A stretch of 64,000 nt of DNA, from the NCBI GenBank assembly GCA_963720565.1, contig CAVRFW010000009.1, forward strand, positions 1-64,000. Direction: 5' to 3'. Shown one piece after another: positions 9,975-19,882 of this stretch. The notes beneath the pieces were generated by a model that saw nothing but the letters and a program-made list of their open reading frames with translations, had not been told where the DNA came from and did no database searches. The DNA comes from Candidatus Bathyarchaeota archaeon (GTDB taxonomy: Archaea > Thermoproteota > Bathyarchaeia > Bathyarchaeales > Bathycorpusculaceae). Every line of letters starts with the position of its first letter. Position 1 is the stretch's first letter. A program made the position numbers and the translations under genes.

Positions 9975-12470
9975 ATGACTAAAAGTAAGACAGCTATAGC
10001 GATTGCTATCTTAGTGTTTGCAATGGCTTTTTCACTTTTCGCTCTACCAACTAACGCACAACCAGGAGTTACACTGAAAACCTATCCCTTCGTCGATGCC
10101 ATCCCCAACCCGGTAGGCGTTGGCGAAGACCTGTTGATTCGCTTCGGTATTCTACAGCAGACGCCAAACGTAGCGTTCGGATATTCGGGGCTGACGGTAA
10201 CCATCACTCGACCAGACGGAACAACTGAAACGCGCGGACCATTCACGACAGACTCAACAGGAGGAACCTACACGTTATACCCAGCCACACAAGTTGGCAC
10301 ATACAAGATTAAGGCCAATTTCCCAGAACAGACTTGGACCTTCGGAGCCTTCTTCAACCTTGAAGGGGGTAACATGATTTTCGATGGAACGACGATGGCA
10401 GCCAGCACCAGCGAGACTATTGATGTTGTTGTTCAGGCAGATCCCCTACCGGCTTATCCAGGCAATCCTCTGCCCTCGGAATATTGGACTCGTCCGATAG
10501 ATCCGCAGCTTAGAGAATGGGCATCAATCGCAGGCAACTGGGTCCAACGACCTGATAATTCGTTGGCGCTTTACAACGACGATGCACCAGAGACTGCTCA
10601 CGCACTGTGGAGCACACCATTAACCACCGGAGGCTTAATCGGAGGCCTATGGGGAGAAGGATTAACTCCATCGTCAGCTGAAACAGGAGACGCGTACGAA
10701 GGCAAATTCCCCAGCGCAGTAGTAATCAGCGGAATCGTCTATTATACAAGAACAGATACCAGAGCAGAAAGAGCACCGGCTATCATCGGAATAGACTTGC
10801 ACACTGGAGAACAAGTTTTCTTCAAGAACAACACTTCACTATCATTTGGTCAAGTCTTGTACTTCAACAGTTGGAACTATGACGGCACATACACTTACCT
10901 CTGGGACAACAATTGGAACGCATACGACCCCTTCACGGGCAATTTCCAGTATGGTTTCAACTACGTACCTTCAGGCGTTAGGGCTTACGGACCAAGCGGC
11001 GAAATACTCATCTACCAAATCGACTATGCTAATAATTGGATGGCTCTTTGGAACTCAACTGCTGCTGGACACGCTCACTTAGGAGCAATGGGTCCTGACT
11101 ATGGCAGTTGGGGCAACTCAGTGCACGGATCCAAATGGGACGCAAACGTCTCAAGAGCCTACTCTTGGAACGTATCAATCCCCGCAGGACTACAAGCTGG
11201 AACATCATTCTTTGCACCAGTACTCAAGATTTATCCTGACAGAGTAATGACTGCATGGTGGAACTATACGCATGTAAGGACATGGGCATTGAGTACAGCA
11301 GCAAACAATAGAGGACAATTGCTGTTCGACAAATGGTGGAATGCACCTGCCGAATGGAATGACGGAAAGAACACAATACAATACGCCAGCGCGACTAACC
11401 AGGTTGAACACGGCGTCTTCACATTATGGAACAAAGAACTCAGAAAGCACTATGGTTTCAGCGTGGAAACTGGAAACTTCATGTGGGAAACAGACAGCGA
11501 ACACTTCTTGGACGCTTACGGCTGGGGCAATGCTGAGCACACATGGTACTTTGCTTACGGCAAATACTTCTCAACAGGCGTTGGCGGCATAGTATATGCC
11601 TATGACGATCAGACAGGAGACGTAGCATGGATGTACAAACTAGATGATGCGTACAATGAACCAGTGACTGGTGATCGTTGGTGGGGCTGGATAGACCTCA
11701 TTACCGACGGAAAAGTCTACGTAGGCCATATTGAGCACTCTGCAGAACAACCTATGCCACGCGGCGCACCATACGTGTGCCTCGACGCTGAAACAGGCGA
11801 TGAAGTGTGGAGAGTAAACGGAATGTACCGTCAGACTCGATGGGGTGGCTGCGGAGTAATCGGCGACAGCATAATAGCGACAATGGACACATACGACCAG
11901 CAAGTATGGGCTATAGGAAAAGGCCCAAGCGCAACAACAGTCATGGCTTCACCGAAGGTTTCAAACACGGGCAGCATACTCATTGAAGGCTACGTAACGG
12001 ACACATCCCCTGGAACAGAGGAATATGCTAGAACCGCTCGTTTTCCAAACGGAGTTCCAGCAGTTTCTGACGAAAGCCAGAGCGAATGGATGCTATACGT
12101 ATACAAACAGTTCGGTCGTCCAATGAACGCGACAGGTGTAGACGTACAGATAGACGTTCTGGACGCAAATGGCAACTTCCGAAACATTGGAACAGCCAAG
12201 AGCGATGCCAACGGATTCTACAGCTTCAAATGGTCCCCTGACATCGAAGGCAAATTCACCGTATACGCCAGTTTCGTTGGCTCCAAAGCCTACTATCCAT
12301 CAAGCGCACAGACAGCCTTCATCGTTGACCCCGCACCTGCAGCTACTCCAGAACCTACACAAGCACCAGCATCACTAGCAGACCAGTATCTGCTACCCGC
12401 AACAGGCGGCATAATCGCAGCTATAGCAGTCGTCGGTGTAGTGCTCGCACTACTACTCAGGAAAAAATAA
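9975..12470 (+). CDS. Surface-anchored PQQ-like beta-propeller repeat protein, paralog 2
   Basis: 831 aa; signal peptide, LPSEYWTRPI, DLHTGEQ and DAETGDEVW repeats, C-terminal Ig-like region, TM+LRKK. Confidence 0.9.
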   Translation: MTKSKTAIAIAILVFAMAFSLFALPTNAQPGVTLKTYPFVDAIPNPVGVGEDLLIRFGILQQTPNVAFGYSGLTVTITRPDGTTETRGPFTTDSTGGTYTLYPATQVGTYKIKANFPEQTWTFGAFFNLEGGNMIFDGTTMAASTSETIDVVVQADPLPAYPGNPLPSEYWTRPIDPQLREWASIAGNWVQRPDNSLALYNDDAPETAHALWSTPLTTGGLIGGLWGEGLTPSSAETGDAYEGKFPSAVVISGIVYYTRTDTRAERAPAIIGIDLHTGEQVFFKNNTSLSFGQVLYFNSWNYDGTYTYLWDNNWNAYDPFTGNFQYGFNYVPSGVRAYGPSGEILIYQIDYANNWMALWNSTAAGHAHLGAMGPDYGSWGNSVHGSKWDANVSRAYSWNVSIPAGLQAGTSFFAPVLKIYPDRVMTAWWNYTHVRTWALSTAANNRGQLLFDKWWNAPAEWNDGKNTIQYASATNQVEHGVFTLWNKELRKHYGFSVETGNFMWETDSEHFLDAYGWGNAEHTWYFAYGKYFSTGVGGIVYAYDDQTGDVAWMYKLDDAYNEPVTGDRWWGWIDLITDGKVYVGHIEHSAEQPMPRGAPYVCLDAETGDEVWRVNGMYRQTRWGGCGVIGDSIIATMDTYDQQVWAIGKGPSATTVMASPKVSNTGSILIEGYVTDTSPGTEEYARTARFPNGVPAVSDESQSEWMLYVYKQFGRPMNATGVDVQIDVLDANGNFRNIGTAKSDANGFYSFKWSPDIEGKFTVYASFVGSKAYYPSSAQTAFIVDPAPAATPEPTQAPASLADQYLLPATGGIIAAIAVVGVVLALLLRKK

Positions 12471-12493
12471 ACTTCCAAAACCCAAAACAATTT

Positions 12494-12508
12494 CCCCCCT
12501 TTTCTTTT
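12494..12508 (+). terminator. C-run/oligo-T archaeal terminator
   Basis: CCCCCCTTTTCTTTT after stop 12470. Confidence 0.55.
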
Positions 12509-12637
12509 GTTCAAAAAAAGTCTTCTAAACAAACAAAAACAAGGCAAAAGAATTCAGTTTTTCAGAAGAGAAAGCCTGTAGGACAGATTGTATCTATATT
12601 ATTTTTTTCCATTCTTTCTAGTCCCTCGGAGCAAATG

Positions 12638-12706
12638 ATAAATACGCAGTGCTCTGAAAGGAATCATAGCCTTGAAAAAGGCATAAACTGAAAGGAGAAA
12701 AAAACA
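12638..12706 (+). promoter_or_regulatory. TATA box, GCCTT-GAAA-AAGGC hairpin and RBS of paralog 3
   Basis: ATAAATA 12638-12644; inverted repeat 12669-12682; GAAAGGAGAA before ATG 12707. Confidence 0.75.
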
Positions 12707-15349
12707 ATGCAAAAAAGCAAGATTGCTATAGCAACTACTGTTTTTCTGATGCTAACCATTACACTCGGTGCTATGCCCTCAGCTTTTGCTCACACTCCAG
12801 CATGGCAAGTACCAACATATTCTTTCTGCAGTGTCTCGCCCAATCCAATTGGTGTAGGGCAACAGGTGAACGTAAACTTCTGGGTAAACATACCACCACC
12901 TACGGCAAGTGCACAGTATGGCGACAGATGGGGCGGTTTAACAGTGAAGGTTACAAAGCCTGATGGAACCACTCAGACACTGGGACCATTCACATCCGAT
13001 GCGACTGGAGGAACATACACCACATACACGCCCACGACGGTTGGCGAATATACTTTCCAGATGTTCTTTGCAGGACAAACATTGGCAGGCGCCAATCTCC
13101 CTCCGGGAACTCCGCCTGGCGCGATGGTTGGAGACTATTTCAAGCCTAGCAGCAGCAACATATTCAAGCTGACTGTTCAAGATGAGCAACTAACATATCC
13201 CTCGGCTGTGCCGCTTCCGACACAATACTGGACTCGCCCAATTTACGGTGAAAACAATGAATGGTATCAAATCGGCGGTAACTGGCTCGGTCTTGGCCAA
13301 TCAACATTCGCTGCAACTGGAATGTACAGAACCACCGGAAACTTTAATCCATACACAAAAGCACCCGACTCTGCTCACATCTTATGGACTAAACCTGAAG
13401 CCTTCGGCGGAATTATTGGAGGGGAATATGGCAATACTCAAACATCTAACTACTATTCAACTTCGCAGTACGAACCAAAGTTTGCGCCAATAATAATGCA
13501 AGGCATACTCTACTACACTCTTTATCCAGGGTCTTCCACTCATCCAGAAGGATGGGTAGCAGTTGACCTTCATACCGGACAAACAATCTGGACAAAGACT
13601 GACGAAGAAGTCAACGGTGAAGTACTGAGATGTGGTCAAATACTTAACGAGATCACGCCAAACCAGTATGGAGCCCTCGCTTACCTATGGTCAATCCCCG
13701 CAAGCGGCGCTGGGTTCGGAGGATCACCTTCATACATGTCAATGTATGACGCAATGACAGGCGAATGGATACTAAACGTTACGGGCTCTTTGGGGATGAC
13801 GATTGTAACAGACGAATACGGAGGCTTGATCGGCTACTACGTCAACACTACCACGAACTTCATGACAGGCGAAGTCACAGCGTCTCTAACTATGTGGAAC
13901 TCTACCAGATGCATCAATCTCAACGTAGCCAACTACGGCGGCGGCGAACCGGTTCCTGATCAGTGGATGTGGAGACCCCCACACGGCGCGCAACTCGACT
14001 TTTCATTGGGAAACCAGTGGTCTGCGCCATTACCCGCTACGGACACTGCAGGAAATTCATTGACTGTAATGATGAGCTATTTCGGCTTTTCATTCCCTGG
14101 CTATTTGCTGTCGATTTCCGCTGTACAAAGCGATGTTGTGCTGTTGACTGGAACAACTAATGAAGGTGCATTCCTCTACCAGCCAGGCTGGCAGGAAGAA
14201 GCAGGCTTCAGTGCAAAAGATGGCCATCTGCTATGGGGTCCATTAAACCGAACACAAACGCCATTCTCAATTATATACATGGGCAGTGTCTGGTCTGGAA
14301 GCGGGGCTTACGTAGAACTAGATGAATCAGCATTGGCAGTCACAGGTTACAGTCTCAGTACCGGTCAGAAGCTATGGGGACCAACTGCGCTTCCTAACGC
14401 GAGTCCATTTAGCTCACTCGGCGCAAACGCTATCGTGGCTGACGATTTCATCTACATATGGCTCTACGGAGGAGACGTCTATTCCTTCAACATCCTAACT
14501 GGCGCATTGAAGTGGGAATATCACACGCCCACTGCTGGATACGAGTCTCCATACGGTCGCAATTCCATATGGACTTTCACTGTGGGAACGATTGCCGACG
14601 GCAAACTGTTCGTCCCTGAAGGTCACATGTACAGTCCACCACTATTCCACGATGCACAGCAACTAGCTTTGGACCTAGAAACTGGCGAAGAAGTCTGGAG
14701 CATAGACGCTTTTGACGTTACCAGTGGACCAGCCATATCAGACGGCGTAATGGTAACATTAAACGCCTATGACAACCAGATATATGCATACGGCAAAGGA
14801 CCAACCAAAGTAACTGTTTCGGGACCAGATACTGGCTCAACCATGGACATACCCGTAATGATAAAGGGTACAGTAACTGACATCTCAGCAGGCTCACTGC
14901 AACAAGCAGTAGCAGCAAACTTCCCCAACGGTCTTCCATGCGTCTCTGACGAAAGCATGAGCGACTGGATGGAATTCGTTTACATGCAGCAACCATGCCC
15001 AGCCACAATTACCGGTGTTCCAATCACAATCGACGTCATAGACGACAACGGCAACTACAGAAACATAGGCACAACAACATCTGACTCAAGCGGCACATTC
15101 AGATTCACATGGGTTCCTGACATTCCAGGCGACTTCACCATCATCGCTACCTTTGAAGGTTCAGACTCGTTCTACTCATCATACGCAAGAGACGGTTTCA
15201 CAGTGATGCCAGCTCCAGAACCAACAGCTGAACCAACAGCCGCACCCGCATCTATTGCTGACCAATACATGCTGCCGGGAATAGGCATAATTGTCGCTGC
15301 AATAGCAGTAGTCGGCGCAGTACTCGCACTAATGCTTAGAAAACGGTAA
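12707..15349 (+). CDS. Surface-anchored PQQ-like beta-propeller repeat protein, paralog 3
   Basis: 880 aa; same architecture (LPTQYWTRPI, DLHTGQTIW, DLETGEEVW, TM+LRKR). Confidence 0.9.
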   Translation: MQKSKIAIATTVFLMLTITLGAMPSAFAHTPAWQVPTYSFCSVSPNPIGVGQQVNVNFWVNIPPPTASAQYGDRWGGLTVKVTKPDGTTQTLGPFTSDATGGTYTTYTPTTVGEYTFQMFFAGQTLAGANLPPGTPPGAMVGDYFKPSSSNIFKLTVQDEQLTYPSAVPLPTQYWTRPIYGENNEWYQIGGNWLGLGQSTFAATGMYRTTGNFNPYTKAPDSAHILWTKPEAFGGIIGGEYGNTQTSNYYSTSQYEPKFAPIIMQGILYYTLYPGSSTHPEGWVAVDLHTGQTIWTKTDEEVNGEVLRCGQILNEITPNQYGALAYLWSIPASGAGFGGSPSYMSMYDAMTGEWILNVTGSLGMTIVTDEYGGLIGYYVNTTTNFMTGEVTASLTMWNSTRCINLNVANYGGGEPVPDQWMWRPPHGAQLDFSLGNQWSAPLPATDTAGNSLTVMMSYFGFSFPGYLLSISAVQSDVVLLTGTTNEGAFLYQPGWQEEAGFSAKDGHLLWGPLNRTQTPFSIIYMGSVWSGSGAYVELDESALAVTGYSLSTGQKLWGPTALPNASPFSSLGANAIVADDFIYIWLYGGDVYSFNILTGALKWEYHTPTAGYESPYGRNSIWTFTVGTIADGKLFVPEGHMYSPPLFHDAQQLALDLETGEEVWSIDAFDVTSGPAISDGVMVTLNAYDNQIYAYGKGPTKVTVSGPDTGSTMDIPVMIKGTVTDISAGSLQQAVAANFPNGLPCVSDESMSDWMEFVYMQQPCPATITGVPITIDVIDDNGNYRNIGTTTSDSSGTFRFTWVPDIPGDFTIIATFEGSDSFYSSYARDGFTVMPAPEPTAEPTAAPASIADQYMLPGIGIIVAAIAVVGAVLALMLRKR

Positions 15350-15374
15350 GCAAGTCGGAAGGTCAATCCTTCAC

Positions 15375-15385
15375 TCCCCTTTTTT
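15375..15385 (+). terminator. C-run/oligo-T archaeal terminator
   Basis: TCCCCTTTTTT after stop 15349. Confidence 0.55.
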
Positions 15386-15584
15386 AGTGAGTTAGTGATT
15401 TTCGGCAAGAAGCTAAACGGACAGACAAGTTTATTGAAAGGAATCGAGACCCTCACCACGCATAACGAACCAAAAAAACTCGGGGAATCTGCAATGCACT
15501 TGATATATTAGGACAAGAAGAACTCTCGCTCAGGTTCCTGCGGCTCGCTTTTTGTCTTCTTATGACAACTTTATTTAAAAAGCC

Positions 15585-16061
15585 TTATGTCTCCGCTGAA
15601 TTTTCACAAGCGTCAAACTGATTTGTTCTGAGAGGGAACTGTCTGATTCCAGGCACCGCGAAAAACACATCTACTTTTCGTATGTTGGGCAGCGCTTTAA
15701 TTTTGGATACGTTTCTAAAAAGATCGTTAATATCCCTGAATGCCAGAACTGCATACGCTTCGTAGCTTCCAGTCGTTCGAGTGGCGATTATTACGTTTTG
15801 AGTTTTCTTCAGTTGTTCAACAATCTCAGCCGAGTCTGCCTCCAGCTTAATGTTTATCAACATATGTGCCGTGCCATGGTATCCTATCTTTTCGAGATCT
15901 ATGGTGATTGCAGAAAGGCCAATTGTCCCGTTTGCTTTCATTTCGTTGTATCTTCTTATAACCGTCTGCGTTGAAGTGCCCAGTTTCTTGGCGATAGCCA
16001 TGAACGGTTTTCGAGCGTCTTCGGAAAGCTCTTGAATTATCTTTCGGTCTAGGTTATCCAT
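15585..16061 (-). CDS. Lrp/AsnC family transcriptional regulator
   Basis: MDNLDRKIIQELSEDARKPFMAIAKKLG HTH followed by a RAM-like domain. Confidence 0.92.
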   Translation of the reverse strand: MDNLDRKIIQELSEDARKPFMAIAKKLGTSTQTVIRRYNEMKANGTIGLSAITIDLEKIGYHGTAHMLINIKLEADSAEIVEQLKKTQNVIIATRTTGSYEAYAVLAFRDINDLFRNVSKIKALPNIRKVDVFFAVPGIRQFPLRTNQFDACENSAET

Positions 16062-16074
16062 TCTCTTTTGCCTT

Positions 16075-16548
16075 CTATTCTGAAGATGTTTTCAGGATGT
16101 TCTCTGGATAAAAGTCGAGTTTGTCTGTGCATCCAGTCAATTCGATTTTTAGCACACCTTTTACTTTTTTGAGAGCGTTGCTGACGTTGTCTATTTGTTC
16201 AAGAGAGCCAACTCTTATCGCGGCATGGATGTCATATTTGCCGATTACTCTACAGCAATTGAGGACTCCTGGAAGTTTTTTCAATGCTTTAATAATAGCG
16301 TTTTCACAGTCAGCCTCAGCTATTATGTCTACTACCAGGGTACCGTTGCCTCTGGGGTTTTCCAGATTAGCTATTAAGGTTGTTCCTGTGATTACACCTG
16401 CTTTTTTCATTTTTTTGTATCTTTGGGCGATGGCGGTTATTGAGAGGTTACAGTTTTTCGCAATTTCTGCGAAGTTGCAGCGGGCGTCTCTGAGGAGTGC
16501 TTCTAAGATTTTGATGTCAATTTCGTCGATTTTTGGTTGAGGATTCAC
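16075..16548 (-). CDS. Lrp/AsnC family transcriptional regulator
   Basis: IDEIDIKILEALLRDARCNFAEIAK HTH; VIGKYDI RAM motif. Confidence 0.92.
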   Translation of the reverse strand: MNPQPKIDEIDIKILEALLRDARCNFAEIAKNCNLSITAIAQRYKKMKKAGVITGTTLIANLENPRGNGTLVVDIIAEADCENAIIKALKKLPGVLNCCRVIGKYDIHAAIRVGSLEQIDNVSNALKKVKGVLKIELTGCTDKLDFYPENILKTSSE

Positions 16549-16920
16549 GTTTTGCCAACTCGGCTTGGAACTATTCTGTTATCTCTGTTTATAAGCTCTT
16601 CTTAATTGTAGAAACATCGGTTAATATTTTAAATACTTTTGTAATCTATGATTATGGTTTTCTTGGATTGTTCTATTCTGTGGAAAATGTTAAATATGTA
16701 GCTACCGAAAAGAGTAAAATCCAAAGAATAACTTCAAAAAATGAATAGAAGGAGAAAAAAAATTAGGGGCTGAGAGAGCTCTGGACTAAGATCCTGATAG
16801 CGATGTAGCTGTCGAGATTTGCATTCTCCTTTTTCTCCCATCTTTCTGTTCCAGGGCTCCAGCAAACCCATTTGTCAAGACGACACTGCAACTTTGGGTT
16901 CTCTTGCAGCGATCCCGTCT

Positions 16921-17775
16921 TTATCTTGGATTTGGTTCGTTTGCTTGCTTTCTCCTTCTCCAGCAGCAAACAAACAAAACAATCCAAGCCAAAATTAACG
17001 AAACCGCAACTGCAATGAGAATAGTCCACAGTGAGAACGGAGGAGTTTCGTTCTCGACTTCATTGAACATTACTACTAAGTCGCCCAAAAGCGGTTCCGA
17101 GTATTCAGATTGAATCAGGACATTTACTATTTCAGTCTCGTTCTCAACGTTCTGCGTGTAGTTTATTGGATTCCATTCTGTATCCGTTTTTATGGTGTAA
17201 ACTTCTAACCCGCGGACATCTTCTTCGAAGCTAATTACAAAGTAGGCTGTCGAGCTTGGGCTTTCCGGTGACAGGTAGGGGCTTATGTTGAGGTCATACA
17301 GGAAGAGGTAACTACCGTTTATTGATGCAAGTGGATGCTCGTAATGGATTTTCAACATAAAAAAGTCGCTGAGCGGAGCAATCGTGCAGTTAATCATTGG
17401 CCAATCGCCTATTGCTGTGTGATGTAAAGCCGCAGGGTAAGTCTGGGTGTAGTTACTCCAGGCCAATTCTGTTTCATTCAACAATACGCGAATGTTCACG
17501 GTGCCGGGAGGAGTAGGATAGACCATCATCAGGCTTCGCTGGGAGGCACACGAAGAATCAGTCGAGAGATATATGGGGTATGTTCCATCTATCTTCGCCC
17601 ACAGCGTCCCGTTAACACGCGTGATAGTGTAGTTAACATGTTCTACAGGCATGGACAAAAGCGGACTAGCTGCCTGGTTGGGATTTGCAAACGCAGACAT
17701 AACAAACTCGGAGGCAACAAGGCCAGAAAGCAGCAACGCGATGAATACCAGAAGCGACAGTTTAGTCTGTCTCAT
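16921..17775 (-). CDS. Exported hypothetical protein with C-terminal TM anchor
   Basis: Signal peptide ending AFA-NP; many NxT/S sequons; C-terminal TM+RRRK. Confidence 0.75.
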   Translation of the reverse strand: MRQTKLSLLVFIALLLSGLVASEFVMSAFANPNQAASPLLSMPVEHVNYTITRVNGTLWAKIDGTYPIYLSTDSSCASQRSLMMVYPTPPGTVNIRVLLNETELAWSNYTQTYPAALHHTAIGDWPMINCTIAPLSDFFMLKIHYEHPLASINGSYLFLYDLNISPYLSPESPSSTAYFVISFEEDVRGLEVYTIKTDTEWNPINYTQNVENETEIVNVLIQSEYSEPLLGDLVVMFNEVENETPPFSLWTILIAVAVSLILAWIVLFVCCWRRRKQANEPNPR

Positions 17776-17951
17776 TTAACGCGCGCTGTCTCCACAATAG
17801 AACTCTGCACTATTATTCATATAGTTTGCTACAGGCTTATTGCTTTTCTCAGAGAACAGCCTATTGCCTGAGAAAGAGTACCGCGCATGGGGTTGGCAAA
17901 ATTAATATTCGCTGAGCACGAGATTAACGGTTTATCCGGTGAGGCTCAAGA

Positions 17952-18422
17952 GTGACGGATGCACACAGCGAAGAAATCGAGGGAATCACCCTCAGCGTGT
18001 ACTTGTATGTCGTCAACAAAGGCCAACCTGTGGGTCCCAGAGACGTAATGAAGGGAGCTAACCTAAGCAGCCCAAGTGTTTCCTACAGGCACCTTGAGAA
18101 GCTTGAAGATCTCGGTTTGCTTGAAAAAAACGAGTACGGCATGTACATAAAGAAAGGCAAGGCTCGAGTGCGCGGCTACGTATGGATCGGCAATCGGATG
18201 ATGCCCAAGATGACAGCTTACTCAATCCTTTTCCTATGCGTCTTCATCGTTGAACTCATAGTCTTCCTGCTGCACTACCCGGTTGAAGACTTCAAATTCA
18301 TGGTGTTCTTCACCCTGATTCTTCTAATAACAGGCTCGGCGATGACCGTTTTCTTCATAGAGGGGCTGATGCAGAGCAAACGAACCAGACTTAGCCTCAA
18401 AACCGAGAAACCACAAACATAG
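17952..18422 (+). CDS. Winged-HTH protein with two C-terminal TM helices (membrane-tethered regulator)
   Basis: VGPRDVMKGANLSSPSVSYRHLEKLEDLGLL wHTH followed by two hydrophobic segments. Confidence 0.75.
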   Translation: MTDAHSEEIEGITLSVYLYVVNKGQPVGPRDVMKGANLSSPSVSYRHLEKLEDLGLLEKNEYGMYIKKGKARVRGYVWIGNRMMPKMTAYSILFLCVFIVELIVFLLHYPVEDFKFMVFFTLILLITGSAMTVFFIEGLMQSKRTRLSLKTEKPQT

Positions 18423-18493
18423 AAAGGAACGCACGAAAACTGACCACTTCCCGAAGCTAATCAGGTTTGCGGGTTGAACACAAGCGCTACCTA

Positions 18494-18817
18494 CTACGGG
18501 CTGCTAGGTATCTTGACATAGATTTTACCGTTTTCGATTTTGCATTCGTAGCATGTCAGCGCCGTTTCCTTTGTGATCTGATGTTGGCCGTCTCGTACAT
18601 CAAAGATTTGACCGTGGCAAGGACACACGACGAAATATTCTTTCAGTTTTCCCATGGCGAGTGAACATCCCATATGCGGGCACCGATTTGAGACGCCATA
18701 GACTCTGCCATCAACTTTAGCCAACAGAACTCTTTTGCCGGCAACGCTAACAAGCTTCATTCTATCTTCTTTTACCTCGCTTTCATCTGTCGCGAACACA
18801 AAATCCTCTTGAACCAA
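18494..18817 (-). CDS. Rieske [2Fe-2S] ferredoxin
   Basis: CPH..CPCH Rieske motifs. Confidence 0.92.
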   Translation of the reverse strand: MVQEDFVFATDESEVKEDRMKLVSVAGKRVLLAKVDGRVYGVSNRCPHMGCSLAMGKLKEYFVVCPCHGQIFDVRDGQHQITKETALTCYECKIENGKIYVKIPSSP

Positions 18818-18963
18818 ACTCTACTCCTCAACTTCTTTAGACCATAGATTTCGTTCTTATTTCTTCCTATACAGCGAAGATGCATACGTAAAAACCACCC
18901 TATCGCCCGATTATTTCTTGCAAACAAGTTGTTTCTTAAAAACCAAGATTGCCATTCTACTTC

Positions 18964-19028
18964 ATTGCATAATGTTGCATAATATTGCATAAAATTTACT
19001 TTATTGCATAAAATTTACTTTATGCAAT
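18964..19028. repeat. TTGCATAA repeat array ending in a 10-6-10 palindrome
   Basis: Four direct TTGCATAA copies (10,10,19,19-bp units) and perfect inverted repeat ATTGCATAAA-ATTTAC-TTTATGCAAT at 19003-19028. Confidence 0.85.
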
Positions 19029-19379
19029 TAAGCTTAAATTATGGGTTATTATTGTGTTTTAAGCGTGAACTAAGCTTGAAAAGCTTGAAAACCGTCGTTT
19101 TGGAGAGTTCAGTTTCAACTTTTGCACCTCAACATCATGAAATAGAGTGTCGGCTAACATGCGTTAATAGCGAATCTAAACTCATATCGACAAAACTGTC
19201 GCTGAGAGGCAACAATCCTGTTGATGCAATAACGTCAAAATTTAACTTGAGTGTTGCGGACACTAAGAAACTATTTCGTCCTAATGCGGCTGATTTGCTA
19301 TTATATGCCGAAAATAATTTGTTCAATCCGACACTATCGGAAAATTATTGTCGTATTACATGTAGGAGGATGGCGAAAA

Positions 19380-19841
19380 TTGAAGGGTAAGGAGTGGACT
19401 GTTGATGAGGAAAGACAGCTCCGAAAGAACTTTGAGGATGGGCGCTCTCTCCGAGAAATCTCAACTATGCTCGAGAAGAGCCCTGAGGCTGTAAGGGCAA
19501 AACTGAAGCGACTGGGAATAGAAGTTGATAAACACCCGTCGACTGTAATTCGGTTATCAACCTCCAACGTTATTTTGCCCGAGGAACTCATTAGCCTCGA
19601 GGACGCGTTGAAGACGCTTGTAGCCACTCTAAAGATGTCTTGCTCATCTGGGTTGACAAAACTGGAGATTCATCGTCTGCAGGTTGTGGCGATGTTGGTA
19701 AGGACTTACTGCGAAAAATTACCCGTGTACTTGAACTTGAGGGGTTTGGAGCAGCGGTTATTTGAGTTGGAGAGTAAATATAGTGATTTGGCTAAGAAAA
19801 CGCTATCGAAAAAGGTTGAGAGCGACCCGTCTTCCGCGTGA
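19380..19841 (+). CDS. HTH/helical protein, putative terminase small-subunit-like partner
   Basis: N-terminal HTH-like WTVDEERQL..RSLREISTMLEKSPEAVRAKLKRLG and C-terminal coiled coil; AGGAGG at 19364; directly upstream of terL. Confidence 0.6.
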   Translation: MKGKEWTVDEERQLRKNFEDGRSLREISTMLEKSPEAVRAKLKRLGIEVDKHPSTVIRLSTSNVILPEELISLEDALKTLVATLKMSCSSGLTKLEIHRLQVVAMLVRTYCEKLPVYLNLRGLEQRLFELESKYSDLAKKTLSKKVESDPSSA

Positions 19842-19882
19842 ATTTGTCCAGAAAAGAGATTCGTTAGAAGAGTCTTTGGTCG

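Noticed and set aside
15585..16548. Single fused double-Lrp gene broken by an error
   Set aside because: Clean stop, 13-nt spacer and own ATG; both halves are complete
18964..19028. CRISPR array
   Set aside because: Units are only 10-19 bp, have no unique spacers, and no cas genes are present
19004..19390. 128-aa ORF and the N-terminal extension of 19251..19841
   Set aside because: Runs through AT-rich repeat and promoter-like DNA with no motifs; the RBS supports a start near 19380
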